64,000 bases of DNA from Phoronis australis (lineage: Eukaryota > Animalia > Phoronida), in assembly GCA_002633005.1 (NCBI GenBank), contig NMRA01000086.1, forward strand, positions 475,559 through 539,558, written 5' to 3'. Positions within the stretch are counted from its first letter, which is position 1. The number at the start of each line of letters is the position of its first letter. Shown in pieces: positions 36,259 through 48,925 of the stretch. Made by a program: the position numbers and the translations under genes. The notes under the pieces were generated by a model that saw only the letters and a program-made list of their open reading frames with translations, did not search any database and was not told where the DNA came from.

Positions 36259-37242
36259 CATCTTCTACAGATATGGTAGGCAGTGACTGCAACACTTGAC
36301 TGCCAGCATCTGCTGCCTCAGTCACATCCCTATTCACACCGCTGTAAGGCTTGCCACAGGGGTCACTCCAGTCACCTACTAAAGTGTTCGTTTCATGATT
36401 GCCTAGCGACAGAGTCGCAGCTGGCACAGTCACACAGTGTTGGGACGGTACGGCATCGGTGACGCTTGTATCCATATGCATAGTAGTTTGAGTGTTTCCC
36501 AACGACATTGGTATAGTTGGCACGGTTGAATATTGTTGGGATGGTGTGGCACCAGTGACGTTTGTATCCATATTCATACCAGTTTGAGTGTTCCCTAATG
36601 ATAGTGCCATCACTGGCGTCTCTGAATACTGCTCGGATGGTGTGACAATGGCCCCCACATTCGTAGCACTTTGAGGGTTGCTCAATGCTGGTGCTGCCAT
36701 GTATTGTTGAGATGATGCAGTGACGGAACCAATGCCACCCATATTCATAGTACTGATTATACTGGTGTCCATGGCAACTGCATTGACACTGGTTTCTACA
36801 GACATGTCGGGGTTGGCCGATGCCATAGCGTATCTGATGGCCGTGGCAAGAGGCGGGTCCATTGAAAGCAATGGCTGATTAACAGGAGCGTCCATATTGA
36901 AAGCATCCAAGGAGGATGTAGAGTGATCGACAGTTGTTTCCATGCCAACACCAGTCATGTGACCTTGAATCACACTTTTGACAGGCGCATCTAGGAAAAG
37001 TCCATGACTATTATGTGTGTCCATGGGTGTGTGAGCTGGCGGCAGGAACAGCTGATGGGTGTCGTCAGTGAAACACGTCGTCACTGCTGATGGCGAATGG
37101 ATTGCAAGCGGCTTCACATCGGCCGTGTTAGCTTGCGGCGACACTACTTGGGAGTGCGATGACACCTCAGCACCGCTATAATGTGTAATGGCGGCTGGTA
37201 ACATGCTGGGGTCTGGCTTCATACTAGTGACCTCGCCACGAC
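36259..37242 (-). CDS. NFAT5: NFAT5 large C-terminal low-complexity (S/T/M/Q/P-rich) exon
   Basis: TGTTGCAG acceptor and G|GTAAGT donor, 984 nt, phase 1 to 1, open frame; contains three ~37-aa internal repeats (..QQYS..P...SLGN). Confidence 0.8.
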
Positions 37243-37623
37243 CTGCAACACAACACAACTCATTATCTTGACCTCAAAAATAAATTCCATACGTCAAGTT
37301 TAACTAATCTCTGAAGACGTATGTCGGACCAGAAACAACTCCATGGCTATTAGTGCAGGTATCACAGATGCACAAATGGCATGCAGGCAACTGATGAATA
37401 CTCCCCTATATATTAATCTTCAAGCGAGTATTCAGGTTAATAGCAGATAGTCAGGATTCATGAGAATTTCATGACCTTTGACATATATTCCAGCTTTATA
37501 CCAAAGGACAATTTAACGTGCAGCACATGCAGCCATCTGTTCCTTGCCACATAATTATTGTACATTAAACACTTGGGGCCAATAGCCTTTAATTGACATA
37601 AACGAATAACAAGATCAACATAC

Positions 37624-37776
37624 TTTCTGTGGCACTTGAAGACGAATTAGTAGACGACTCCAATGTGGAGTTGTGGGTGCTGGAGATGCCCACGCCAGCT
37701 GGGATCTGGAAAATTGCAGACGTTGTTGCTGTGGCAGCTACTTGCTGTTGAATAAGCCGATTCAACTCCAAGGCTT
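37624..37776 (-). CDS. NFAT5: NFAT5 exon (ALELNRLIQQQ...)
   Basis: TTACTTGTAG acceptor, GTATGT donor, 153 nt, phase 1 to 1, open. Confidence 0.75.
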
Positions 37777-37932
37777 CTACAAGTAAATTAAGTTATATAT
37801 TAAGGCATCTAAAATGGCCAAGACGGTTGTTTGACATGCAACTGGTGACAATAAATTTTCCTATCATCATACATTTTTTTAATGCTGATAAAGACCAGAA
37901 GTTCTTTTAGTTTGGTAATCACAAATATGTTA

Positions 37933-38771
37933 GGGCTGTTCCAGCAAAATCTGTATGGGAGGGGGGAAGGCACTTTTATTTCGTACCCACCGCCCATATT
38001 TTTCATTAATTTCTCCAACCCATGACCCATAATTTTTTTATTATTTTTAATAGGTTAAAATATAAAATCTAACACTTGCAAACAAATTGCCTCCAGGAGG
38101 ACCTGTTCAGAACTTAGATGATTGACAGACAAGAACTAGTTGTCTTGTCCAATATTGTCAAAAACTAAAGTAGCCTGTGAGCAATACTTTTGGCAGCCGC
38201 CAGGTGTCTCTGTTCACCATGTGTCTATAATTTCAATGAACATTTTTTCAATTATAAGGATCTGTGAATCTCAAACTGTCTCCACGAACTCTTTTATACT
38301 TCTATGTCAACGGAATATTGGAAGTTGTTTATCTTACTCCTCATACTTTTTATTTAAAAATCATCAATTTTCTTATATGTGTTAACACCAGTTTAGTGTT
38401 GCATAACTTTTCAATTCAATAGGACTGCATACAAACAGTTGGCTCAAATCAAGTTGCCCATGACTTGATAAATGGCTTAGTGAACATATTGCACTCTGTT
38501 CACTGGCAATATGGGCTTTTTTGAATTGGGATAAGTTAGGATATATGCCAATTGCATTTTTTTGAGTTTCAATTTCTTTGAAGATGTGTTTGGCTGAAGT
38601 AACCGTCCTGTCAACATTAACGGTCAAAAAATACCACCCATTTTTAATGCATCACTTCTTACAGGAACAACCACCCATAAATTGAGTTTTTTTTCTGAAG
38701 ACCACCACCCATGAATTTTTATTTCTACTGCCGTCCCCCCCCCTCCCACACGGATTTTACTGGAACAGCCG
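37933..38771. mobile_element. PIF/Harbinger-like MITE
   Basis: ~30-bp TIRs GGCTGTTCCAG(C/T)AAAATC(T/C)GT(A/G)TGGGAGGGGG with TTA on both flanks. Confidence 0.8.
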
Positions 38772-39325
38772 TTATCAGATAGCCAAAGAAAGTATCTAAA
38801 ATAAAAGTGGCATACCAGGGTTTTGACTGCTCACAACACACTTTCAAAGTTATTGAAACACATTGATTGGTCCGCTTGTCAAACAAAGACTTGTTGCCTA
38901 GTTATTATTTGCTTATGGCACAAGGGGCAAGTACACCAATGTATTCGTTCTCTCCAAAACAAGAGCAACGCGGAGTGTTGAAATGCACCCACGGAGGCAC
39001 TGCAAACGGTGTGCTTCTAGGGGTTTTTATTTGTATCACAGAAATGGCCACTAAATAAGTTGAATCCATCACAAAAAGTAAACTTGTCGCTTCTTTAATA
39101 GAAAGCTATTTTAAATTACCAAATATTACAAAAACCCCTCAAGAAATTCAGAGAAACAGAGGAAAACGCAAAAAAGCGAAATTGCCACAAGAGGCTATGG
39201 GTGCAAAAAAACATAACGGCCACTTGGAGGCGCCACAGTAGTCAAAAATGTCGGAAAATCATCGTCAACCGTCCCCTTCACACTAAGAACATTATATGTC
39301 AATTTTCAAAATCATACTTAGAGTG

Positions 39326-40238
39326 TGTCAGAATAAATATTGATTAAGTAATTAGTAAGAATAGATCCATTTTTAAGTTGCCCAAAATTTGTGCATATGT
39401 ACTTTTAAATCATGGGGTCAGACTTGTTGACATGTATTTTAACGTCAAAATCTATTTTTAGATGGTGTTTACAACTTTGGGTTCTGGGGTCAAAGTACTC
39501 TAGAGATTCTAGAATATTCTGAGAACAAATTTTAACAACCAATAATATGATTGGATACGATCATGTGGTTTTTATTAGCCAATCACTAAATAAGTAGAAT
39601 GTTATGTCATGGGCTGAAATCAACAAGATAATTAGATGCGCTATAGTAGTTGAAGCATAAAGACTTGCTACAGTGTACAGAAGCAATTGTACAACAGAGT
39701 CATCTCGTGGAAGATTCTAGAAAGGATCTTGGCAAGGGCAAGGGTTAACGAACAGGAAGTTAACTAAAAGCTTGTCACTTGCATTGTGGGTACTAAGATA
39801 CTACCTGAAGTGTTGCGTCATCAGCCAGAGACTGTGACCAGCAAGAAGAATCGCGGGTAGAAGAAATTGACTGCAAGTGTTGCATCACCAGAGACGGTGA
39901 CCAGCAAGTACACTGTCACTATACAGTGTGTGTAGTTCGAAGATTCACCAACAGGACAGACATCCAACAAGTGGAGAGTCCTAGCTTGGATAGCAGGTAA
40001 GACATTTGATTGTTTTGGTTGTTTGATTAATTGGTTGTTTGATTAAAGTAATCTTTAAAGAGGGCGCTAGCGTAGTTACTCTTTGTAGTTGATAACTTAA
40101 TTAACAATAGGTTTCATTTGTCTAATTAGGGGTTATCATATGATAAATTAATTACTGGATTTGATTGTTCACTCTCCATCTACGCACAATCTCAAAGCAT
40201 AGCTACCTTTTAAACAAACCCACAGTCAATCTCTGACA
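39326..40238 (+). mobile_element. solo LTR, 913 bp (BEL/Pao or Gypsy type)
   Basis: TGTCAGA...TCTGACA termini (TG..CA with a 7-bp inverted repeat) and a perfect 5-bp TSD GAGTG at 39321-39325 and 40239-40243. Orientation is inferred from CAG|GTAAG (~39997) and ATTAAA (~40042). Confidence 0.88.
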
Positions 40239-40382
40239 GAGTGATTTGGTTGATAGAGGGGCAGACGCAAAAAAAAGACTACAAAACAGTAAAAATGGCC
40301 ACTAGATAGCACAAAATACGTCAAATCCATCCGAAAACAGGAACATGTCATCGGTTCAATAGAAAACTATTTACCAAATTTC

Positions 40383-41449
40383 ACAAGAGCAACGCGGAGC
40401 GTTGAAATGCGCCCACAATTGCACCGCATACGGTATCCTTCTAGGGTTGTTTATTGGTACCATAAAGTGGCCAGTAGAGGGCATACTTTGCAAATTGGAA
40501 AGGCATGGTCATTGCCTCCTCAATAGGCTAGGGGCAAAATGTGAGTAATCTTCATAATACAAGCACATCCTATACACCAGTTGCTTAAAGCACCACAGAA
40601 ACATAGAATTAAAAACAAATTTACCAACATACGAGATTAGCACAACATTAGAATGCCAGAAACAAATTTCTACTTGGAACTTTTCCTTCACAGTCACGAA
40701 GTAACACAAAGTATACACCTGAAGACCTATGAAAATACAGAGGTCAATGTAAAATACTAAAATTGCCACTAGAGGCAAATACTAAAATTGCCACTAGAGG
40801 CATACCGGTAATCAGAATCATCCTAAAGTCGTCATCGTCCGTTGTCAACATCACATAAATACACTTGCTAAATTTAGTAAAGATCCTGCAAACGGTTTGG
40901 GAGATACAGCCATGGGCGCAAAAAAACAAAACTGCCACTAGGAGGCGCCACAGTAGTCCAAATCGTCTGAAAATCATTGTCAGCTGTCTTCCTTATAGTA
41001 AGCACATACACGCCAATTTTCACAATCATCCTTTGAGCGGTTTGGTTGATAGAGGGGTGGACGCAAAAATACAGACTCGAAAACAGTAAAAATGGCCACT
41101 AGGTGGCGCAAACTACGTCGAATCCATCTGAAAACAGGAGGATAGCGTCATCTCACTAATAGGTGCCTACATACCAAATTTCATGAAAATCCGTTCAATA
41201 CTTTTGAAGATACAAAGGTAAGCGTAAAAAACTAAAATTGCCACTAGGGGGCACACCGGTAGTCGGATCCGTCCGAAAGTTCGCACATGCCGTCCCATTC
41301 ATGAATGGAACATACGTGCCAAATTTCATGAACGTATGTCAAAGGGTTTTGGAGATAGAGCAGCGGACGCCGGACGGACGCCGCCCGGACGGACGGACGG
41401 ACAGAGATGACGGCATAATGCGTCCACATATAAATATGTGGGCGCATAA
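40383..41449 (-). mobile_element. nested HINE/DINE-1-like element
   Basis: The 5' stem ATGCGTCCACATATAAATATGTGGGCGCAT and (GGAC)n microsatellite are at 41365-41447; the 3' end is ACAAGAGCAACGCGGAGCGTTGAAATGCGCCCAC. Inserted into an A/T run without a clear TSD. Confidence 0.8.
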
Positions 41450-42458
41450 TAAAAATCCCTCAAGGAACTTGAATTAGGACAAAAGAGGAAAATGGAAAAA
41501 AATTGGTTGACAGAGGGGCGGATGCCAAAAAACAGACTCAAAAACAATAAAAATGGTCAATAAGTGGCACAAAATACCCTGAATCAATCCGAAAACCAAT
41601 GAATAACATCACCTCACTAATAGATACCTATCTGCCAAATTTTATGAAAATCCATTGAGGGCCATTGAAGATACAGAGGTAAACATAGAAAACTAAAATT
41701 GCCACTAGGGATCGCACCAGTAGTCCACTCTGTCTGAAAGTTGTCATCGTCCGTTGTCAACTTCGTATTAATACATTTGCTCAAATTTAATATTATCTTG
41801 TAGAGTGTTTAGGAGATATAGCTATGGACGCAAAAACAAAAAACTGCCACTAGGTGGCGCCACAGTATTTGAAGTCGTCGGAAAATCATTGTCAGCAATC
41901 TTCTTCACAGTAGGAACATATATGCCAATTTTCACAATCATCCTTAGAGTGGTTTGGTTGACGGTGGGGCGAATGATAAAAAAACAGACTAAACACAGTG
42001 AAAATAGGTACTAGGTGGCGCAAAATACCTTGAATCCATCCAAAAACAGAAGGACAGCGTCATCTCACTAATAGATGCCCAACTGCCAAATTTTATGAAA
42101 ATCCGTTGAGGACATTAGACGATACTGGAGGTAAACGTAAAAAATTAAAATTGCCATTAGGAGGCACACCTGTAGTCAGATAGGTCCGAAATTCGTAGTC
42201 ATCCATCGTCAGCTTGACTATATCTGCCAAATTTCAGGAGATGCAGCAGCAGACGCCCAGACAGAGATGACAGCAATATGCATACACACATAAATACGTG
42301 GGTGCATAGTAAGCAAAAATACAATGCATCTACTTGGTTGCGGACAATACTATGTCTTGCCAACTTGATAGTATGACAAAAACTCTCTCTTGGTATATAA
42401 GGGTAAATAACAAAACGCAGCAGACAACTATTGCGCCACTGCTCAGCCATCTCCCTAC

Positions 42459-42563
42459 CTGGTGATACAGCGCTGGTCTTGAAATCTTGGGGAACTTGAT
42501 TCTCAGGTGACGGGGCTGCCTGTACACACTCAGCGATGGTTGCAGTGGAAGTTTTCTGAACGA
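42459..42563 (-). CDS. NFAT5: NFAT5 exon (VVQKTSTAT...SAVSP)
   Basis: CTTCTTCCCGCAG acceptor, CAG|GTAGGG donor, 105 nt, phase 1 to 1, open. Confidence 0.7.
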
Positions 42564-42978
42564 CTGCGGGAAGAAGGGTGAAAATTTAAGCTTGTAACAT
42601 AACAAAAGTGCATCACCTGATGTGAAAGCACTAGGAGGGGGAGGGGGGGCAAAAGAACAGCTACCATGGTTTGATTCCTTTTAGAGACAATGAAAGCAGT
42701 CGTCACGCCAATTTCAAGACATTTTAAAATGATTCTAAAATTGCTAAAGAGATGGGTTTTGTTCTAAATGTAACAATGTTCAAGCACATATTCAGACAAA
42801 TGTTTCTAAAAGGAAACTGACTTGGATAGACATTTACTCCTTGGAACTATAGCATCAAAACAAAAAACACATCAAGCACATTTGACGAGTTCCGCACATT
42901 CAAGTCAGAAATGCTATCTAAGTCGACCAAGGTAGTGTTAAGCCACGGCTTGTGTACTGTGTCTGCAGGAATGCTCAC

Positions 42979-43100
42979 CAGGTGGAGTACGCAACAAGCC
43001 GTGGCCAGAAGAAAGTGGATGTGCACAGCTGTCACTGTGGGCTGATAATTGCTGAAAATAATTGGTTGTGACATTCATCGTGCCTGGCGAGAACAGCGGG
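42979..43100 (-). CDS. NFAT5: NFAT5 candidate exon, acceptor ambiguous (43100 or 43041)
   Basis: Strong G|GTGAGC donor and open frame PLFSPGTMNVTTNYFQQLSAHSDSCAHPLSSGHGLLRTPP. The acceptor at 43100 needs phase 2; only the acceptor at 43041 matches the upstream phase-1 donor. Confidence 0.5.
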
Positions 43101-45164
43101 CTGCAAGAAATCGGCATTTTTGGGGTTAAACAAGATTTAAGACAAAGACTTGACTTTCAATTTCAAAAAAACAGATTTTTGTTCCAATCACTGATGTAGG
43201 GATGAATCAAAAACATAACAATGATGCCAAGGGATTAGGTTGTATTCATTTTTGGTTCATTTCATGACGTCATGATTGTGTCAATCGTTAGACAAGACGG
43301 CAGGAATTGCCGAAAAATCAGCACGCAAGAACGCATGCCCCTTCCTCCCGTGGGGACTTCACTATCAGATACTCACTATAGCAGTATGGCAGAGGTGTGA
43401 GGTCAGAGGGTCAGACAGTGGCCACTTAGGAGACTCTGACCAAACCTGAAAAGGGCGGCACATTCGCGGACACTGAAGCCCCCGCGGGGAAAGGATGGGA
43501 CATGCGCTCATTGACGTGACATGTACCATACACTAACACTTTCCCACCACAAGTACCGGACAGTGTAACACGCACGTAGCCTAGCCTAGAGGCATGTTAA
43601 CACGTCACCTCCCAGCAACCGACTCCATCCGCCATCTGTTGGTAGAAGGGAGAATTACGTAGGCAACATCCCATCCATTGGTTTCGCACTGCTTCAGCAT
43701 TCAGAGAACAATTACTTAGCAAGAGAACAAAGGGATCCAGTACAAATGTTACGATGATATTAATTGGAAAAAACAAAAAGGATCTTAAGACAGTCTAAAT
43801 AGTTTTCATACATAGTAATAATACATAAAAACAAATCATAACTGTCTTTATACTCAATGATTACTGCAAGATTTCTTATTGAACAATTTAATTTTCCCTT
43901 TGTTCACAAGCTCAACAATCTTAACACATCATTTAGCCTGGCAATGTACAAACATTCTGGAGTTTAAATGAATTCAGTACACTGGATTTCCGTCTTGTGT
44001 TGACAAATGAATACTGTAGTGGGAAAACCAGGAAGACATGCTTTTGTGGAAAACACTCGAGTCGACACAAACACACACACGCTACTGTTAAAGCTACGTG
44101 CACCGCGCATATCCATAAAGAGCATCTGTCCCCTATACTCAGTCTCAAGTATAAGAAAGGAACATAGTCTCCTATGTAACAAACCTGTCGACTGACTATA
44201 TTAATGAGACGTATGCTGAGATTCTGAAATGTGATTTAATTTAAAATCTGACATCTGCCGATTTCCAAGCAAGGATTTTAAATTAAGTAATTTTCCTAAT
44301 ACCTGTTGAATTTGAGGAGTCTGGCATTTTGAAAACCAGTTTTCTGAATGACGGGCATCAAACTGGTTCTTAAAATCTGAGACCTTGTATTGAAGTGAAT
44401 TTTGCCAAATTTCTTTAATATTTATTTACTTTAGACACACAAGGTGTATGAGTGCAAACTGGCTGACCAATAAAATGCAGTTGACACTACTAACTCTTGA
44501 TACAGTAGCACAACTGTACACCTGTCCCAAGCAAAATGGATGACAGAGGTGGAGTATGACACAGTCACATGTAACTAACAGCCTTCCCTTAAAACTGCCT
44601 TCAATACATCCACCCAATGCAAGCCTTCAATACATCCACCCAATGCAAGCCTTCAATACATCCACCCAATGCAAGTTGATGTTTGACTTATATAGCTGTC
44701 AAGACAAACTTCAATTGTGACTTGGTTCTGCATCCACTGTTGATATCAGAACTACCCAGCTGAACAGCAACCCCAGAAAGGAGATGTTTAGCTATAGACA
44801 TTCAGTCACATAAAGGCGGTGTACAACTGTTGACTATCAGGACAAAGCTGTGCACGCAGCGTTAACACGAGTATCACACCATACACGCATCATTGAACTG
44901 TGCGTCACTCAGTGAGACCGGGGGTCTTTTTCATGACAAGTGACTATAAAGACTTAAGACAGAAATTCAATGTTGCGATCCACACGACTACTTTTGAAAA
45001 ATAATAGATTACATTCGAGCAGAAATGCATAGGCTCTGAAAATATACACACACCTGCTAGTTACGAGGGTAGTTATACACACATCTGCTAGTTACGGGGG
45101 TAGTTTTCTTATTTCTAGACTGTAAAGAGCTCATGACTATAGTAAAATCTTACTGATTTCAGAC

Positions 45165-45381
45165 ACCAAGAGCAATGCCAAGCATTGAAATGCGCCCACG
45201 CCTGCATCGCAAGCGGTGTGTGTTCTAGGGGTGTTTATTTCTACCATAAAAAATGCCAAAAGTTTGCTCATACTGTCCCATCTATGAAAGGACATATACG
45301 CAAAATTTCATGAACATACATCAAAGGGTTTTGGAGGCAGAGCAGCGGACGAGGCCGTATATAAATGTGTGGGAGCATAAA
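45165..45381 (-). mobile_element. short internally deleted HINE copy
   Basis: Both family termini (CAAGAGCAATGCC..GAAATGCGCCCAC and GTGGGAGCATAAAAA) lie within ~215 bp. Confidence 0.7.
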
Positions 45382-47060
45382 AATAACTCCCAAAAATGCC
45401 CCTTTTCTGTTCAATTTTCAGGGTCTTCTAATATCTTTGTGAATGGCCACACATTTTCTAAACTTAGTTTGATGGTAGATGTGGTACAAAACTTAAACTT
45501 GGAAATGTGTTAAGTTGGTACTATCAGGAAGTCATTACCAGAAAGGGACAACGTATCTTTCATGGATCAAAATGACACAATACCATTTGTTCAGTTGTCA
45601 GCTCTATTGCATCCCAAATTGGGAAGACTTTAGCACACTAGGCTAAACCTTAATTCAGCAATCGTCAAGTGCGAGCGTAAGACCAAACTTGTGTCACAAG
45701 TCACTTTCATGAAACAAACCCCAAGAATGTTTAACCAGTGATGCTGTAAGCTTCACTTGGAATATCAATGCCTGATAGCGTCACAAGGAAGCAAAATAAA
45801 GAATTGAATGAAACGGGTCACACTCCAGAATGAAGGCACATGCAAGTCAAAGAACTAGTTTAAGTTTAGCTTCATTCACAAGACTTAAGCACGTTAGTGT
45901 GTTTGACCACATCTAATACGAAAATCTAGACAAATGATTTGTTACTTTCAATGCTAAATTAAGACTTTGATCATCCAGAACAACAGGCTCTTGTGATAAT
46001 TTCTCAAAAACAGCTGATCAAATTAAGATGAAACTTTCTGATACTATGCTTTTATGCTTGTAAAATGTTCTACTTTTGTACGAAGGCTATCAAGATACGA
46101 CTTTTTATGATTTTCATGAAAAAATAATCTCAAGTTGCACAAAACCAAAACATAATGAAATATCTTAGAAAAGTGTAAAACCGTGTTTTGAGATCTCAAA
46201 TTGAATATTCATATCAAATAAAATTTTGATCACGAAACTGATACTGATGTTTTGATATCAATATACTTTTTCCTAAATTTTAATAAAAAGACAAGGTCAC
46301 ATGACATATTTAATGTAAGAAAAGTCAGAAGTCAAAAACCAATCCTACAGGCTTTCTATTTTCAGAAAATATATAATTCAACTTTGTTAAAATTTATATT
46401 TTTGGATTAGACATTTGACTAAATACGCATACGAGTCAATAAGGTCCAACATAACCTTAATAGGTTGTGAGAAAGCAACATTAAAATTTTGTGGGATTAT
46501 TTCTTCTAAGAAAGCAACATTGTGGGATTATTTTATTCAATCCCAGTTGTGTATCAGTTGCTGAGTCAATGTTAGTTTATGTAATGACTATCAACTGTTG
46601 GTCAAGTGTTGGTCTTCTAATGACAAAATACTCCCATCTGCAAGATGACCTCTAACCAGTGTATGTACAGAGTTATGTTGATCACACATGGAATAGGACA
46701 ACGCTGGTGATGAAATAGCCACATTATTGGTGTTCCAAACAATGAATTTAGTGAATGGCACGAACCAAAGATATTTCTCAACTCGCATTCTGTCCCGGTC
46801 ATAGTTTCAAGGCAAAAAGGGTTGCAAAATGGAAGGTTGTGGCTATGATCGTGTTGCAGAATTGCAAACTCTTTTCAATTACAGGAAACAGAACCGGCTT
46901 ACACTGGCTATGCATTCCCAGTTGTAGCACTCAAGTCATGATAGCTTCAAGCAGGTAGACAACACCCACCAATGACCTGTACATGACACTGATGGTCAAC
47001 CGCAAATGCAAATATATTGGTTCCTAGGAGGTATTTGGCCGGGGCTGCCCACAAACATAC

Positions 47061-47184
47061 CTGGGGAGTAGGTGAACTGGATGGGTTCGGAAAACTTGCC
47101 CGCACAATGAAGCAGAAGCTCCACGACAACCGAATCAGTGATAGACTGCGACCGATACTTGGGCACTTTGCATATCAGGTGAGT
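47061..47184 (-). CDS. NFAT5: NFAT5 IPT/RHD-C domain, last exon
   Basis: THLICKVPKYRSQSITDSVVVELLLHCAGKFSEPIQFTYSP; TTACAG acceptor and GTATGT donor; phase 0 to 1. Confidence 0.92.
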
Positions 47185-48081
47185 CTGTAAGCAAGAGACA
47201 ATTGGTATTTTGTATTAATGCTGCATCTGGCATTCATTCAACTGACACTGCAAAAACACAATTGAAAACTGTTCCAGTTCCATTCACAATGTTTCTTGGA
47301 TACATTCAGATATCTGAAATACTGTGAGTCGCGCATTTACAAATGAGTTTAAGAACTGTGAATAAGAAGTCACTAGTTTCAAATGAATCTACGCCCATAA
47401 AAGTGAGATTACACTATAAACCTGAAGATACATAAGAGTCAGCACATCACCCATTGTGTAGCTTCAGCTAATACTACCTGAAGATACATAAGAGGCGGTA
47501 AATTACCCATTTTGTAGCTTCAGCTAATATTACATGGAACACTCAGATCACAGCTGCTTTATTTTACCCCCTCAATACTCAGCGCTGCACACCATTATAA
47601 AAACTAAACAGAACTGTGTCATGAAGGTATAGCACTAATCCTGAGAACAGGTGACATCAATAGACTTTGACATATTAAGCCAGACACTACAACCTAGGTC
47701 TTAAAATGTCACTTGATCAGCTAGACCCAATGAACTTTTGATAACCTTTCCAATATCAAAACATTACAACAATCACTTTACCAGTATGTTTTAAATCATA
47801 CTATCAAACGGGATGTAACAGAATGCAGCAACACTTTAGTGATGGCGGTAAATAACACAAATAATCTTTCGTGCCAGATTTGGCTACCAAAGGGTTCCAT
47901 TAATATCAACGTAAAATCAGGAAATGCGTTTCAAGGATAGGGTCCAGGTTGAATATATTTAAATTATGACTTGAGAAGTCACCTGAAAGACAAACATCCT
48001 CCGACAAATGAGATAGTTCACCAACAATACCCAATAGATTTGCACCACACGATATGCACGTCAACAGACAACAACATTGAT

Positions 48082-48495
48082 TAGTCGATGTGTGTGTCTG
48101 GCTACCGCGCCACCAGTCGCTGCGATCAGTTAATGAGTAAGTTTGTAGCGACCACAGCACCAGTCACGACAATCTGTTGATATGCAAGTCTACGGTGACC
48201 ATGGCACCAATCACTAAAATCAGTCGATGTGTAAGTCTGGGGCGACCGTGGCACCAATCGCGACAATCAGTCGATGTGTAAGTCTGTGGCAACCACCCCA
48301 CCAGTCAGTACAATAAGTCGATGTGCAAGTCTGTGGTGACCACGGCACCAGTTGCTACAATGAGTCGATGTGTAAGTCTGTAGCGACCACGTCATCAGTC
48401 GCTACAATCAGTCGATGTGTAAGTCTGTGGCGGCCACAGTCACGACAATCAGTTGATGCATAAGTCTGTGGTCATGGCGGCACCAGTCATTACAG
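48082..48495. repeat. degenerate ~47-bp minisatellite, ~9 copies (intronic)
   Basis: AGTCGATGTGTAAGTCTGTGGCGACCACGGCACCAGTCGCTACAATC-like units recur at ~47-bp spacing (48222, 48269, 48316, 48364, 48410). Confidence 0.85.
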
Positions 48496-48737
48496 TGTGG
48501 CCATTTCCCTTTTTCAATTACCTAAAGACCCTGTGTTAAACAAACAGTGGCACACATTTCTCAAAATGACTCATGTATGCAGCTTGTCAGACATAAGCGA
48601 ACTGGGCTGACAAAAAAACGGAGAGTTGGTGGGACGTCAGTACAAGTTTTATCAGAATGTGTTTACAAAGTATGGAAAAGTCAAGGTCTATGCCTTTATA
48701 AACATAGTTTTCCTGAAATCAGCTTTTTGCTGCATAC

Positions 48738-48925
48738 CGTTTGAAAGAAGTCCGACTCAACCGCGGCCTGTTCCTGCCAGAGAACAGCATCATCCTTCTT
48801 CTCTCTAAAGAACACCTTGATGCCCTTCCCAAAGTTCTTGCCGATGATGAACAGATCACGGTTCCCAGTAACCGGACATTCGCTTATTGACCACCGACAG
48901 ATCTCTGGTGTACCCACAGGCTGGG
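48738..48925 (-). CDS. NFAT5: NFAT5 IPT domain, first exon
   Basis: TQPVGTPEICRWSISECPVTGNRDLFIIGKNFGKGIKVFFRE...WQEQAAVESDFFQT; phase 1 to 0 with canonical splice sites. Confidence 0.93.

Larger units (their letters stand above)
38959..42308 (-). mobile_element. HINE-like element (same family as 28611-29961) interrupted by a solo LTR and a second HINE copy
   Basis: The 3' end ACAAGAGCAACGCGGAG is at 38959 and the 5' end GTGGGTGCAT at ~42298-42307; internal subunits resume in register across both insertions. Confidence 0.75.
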
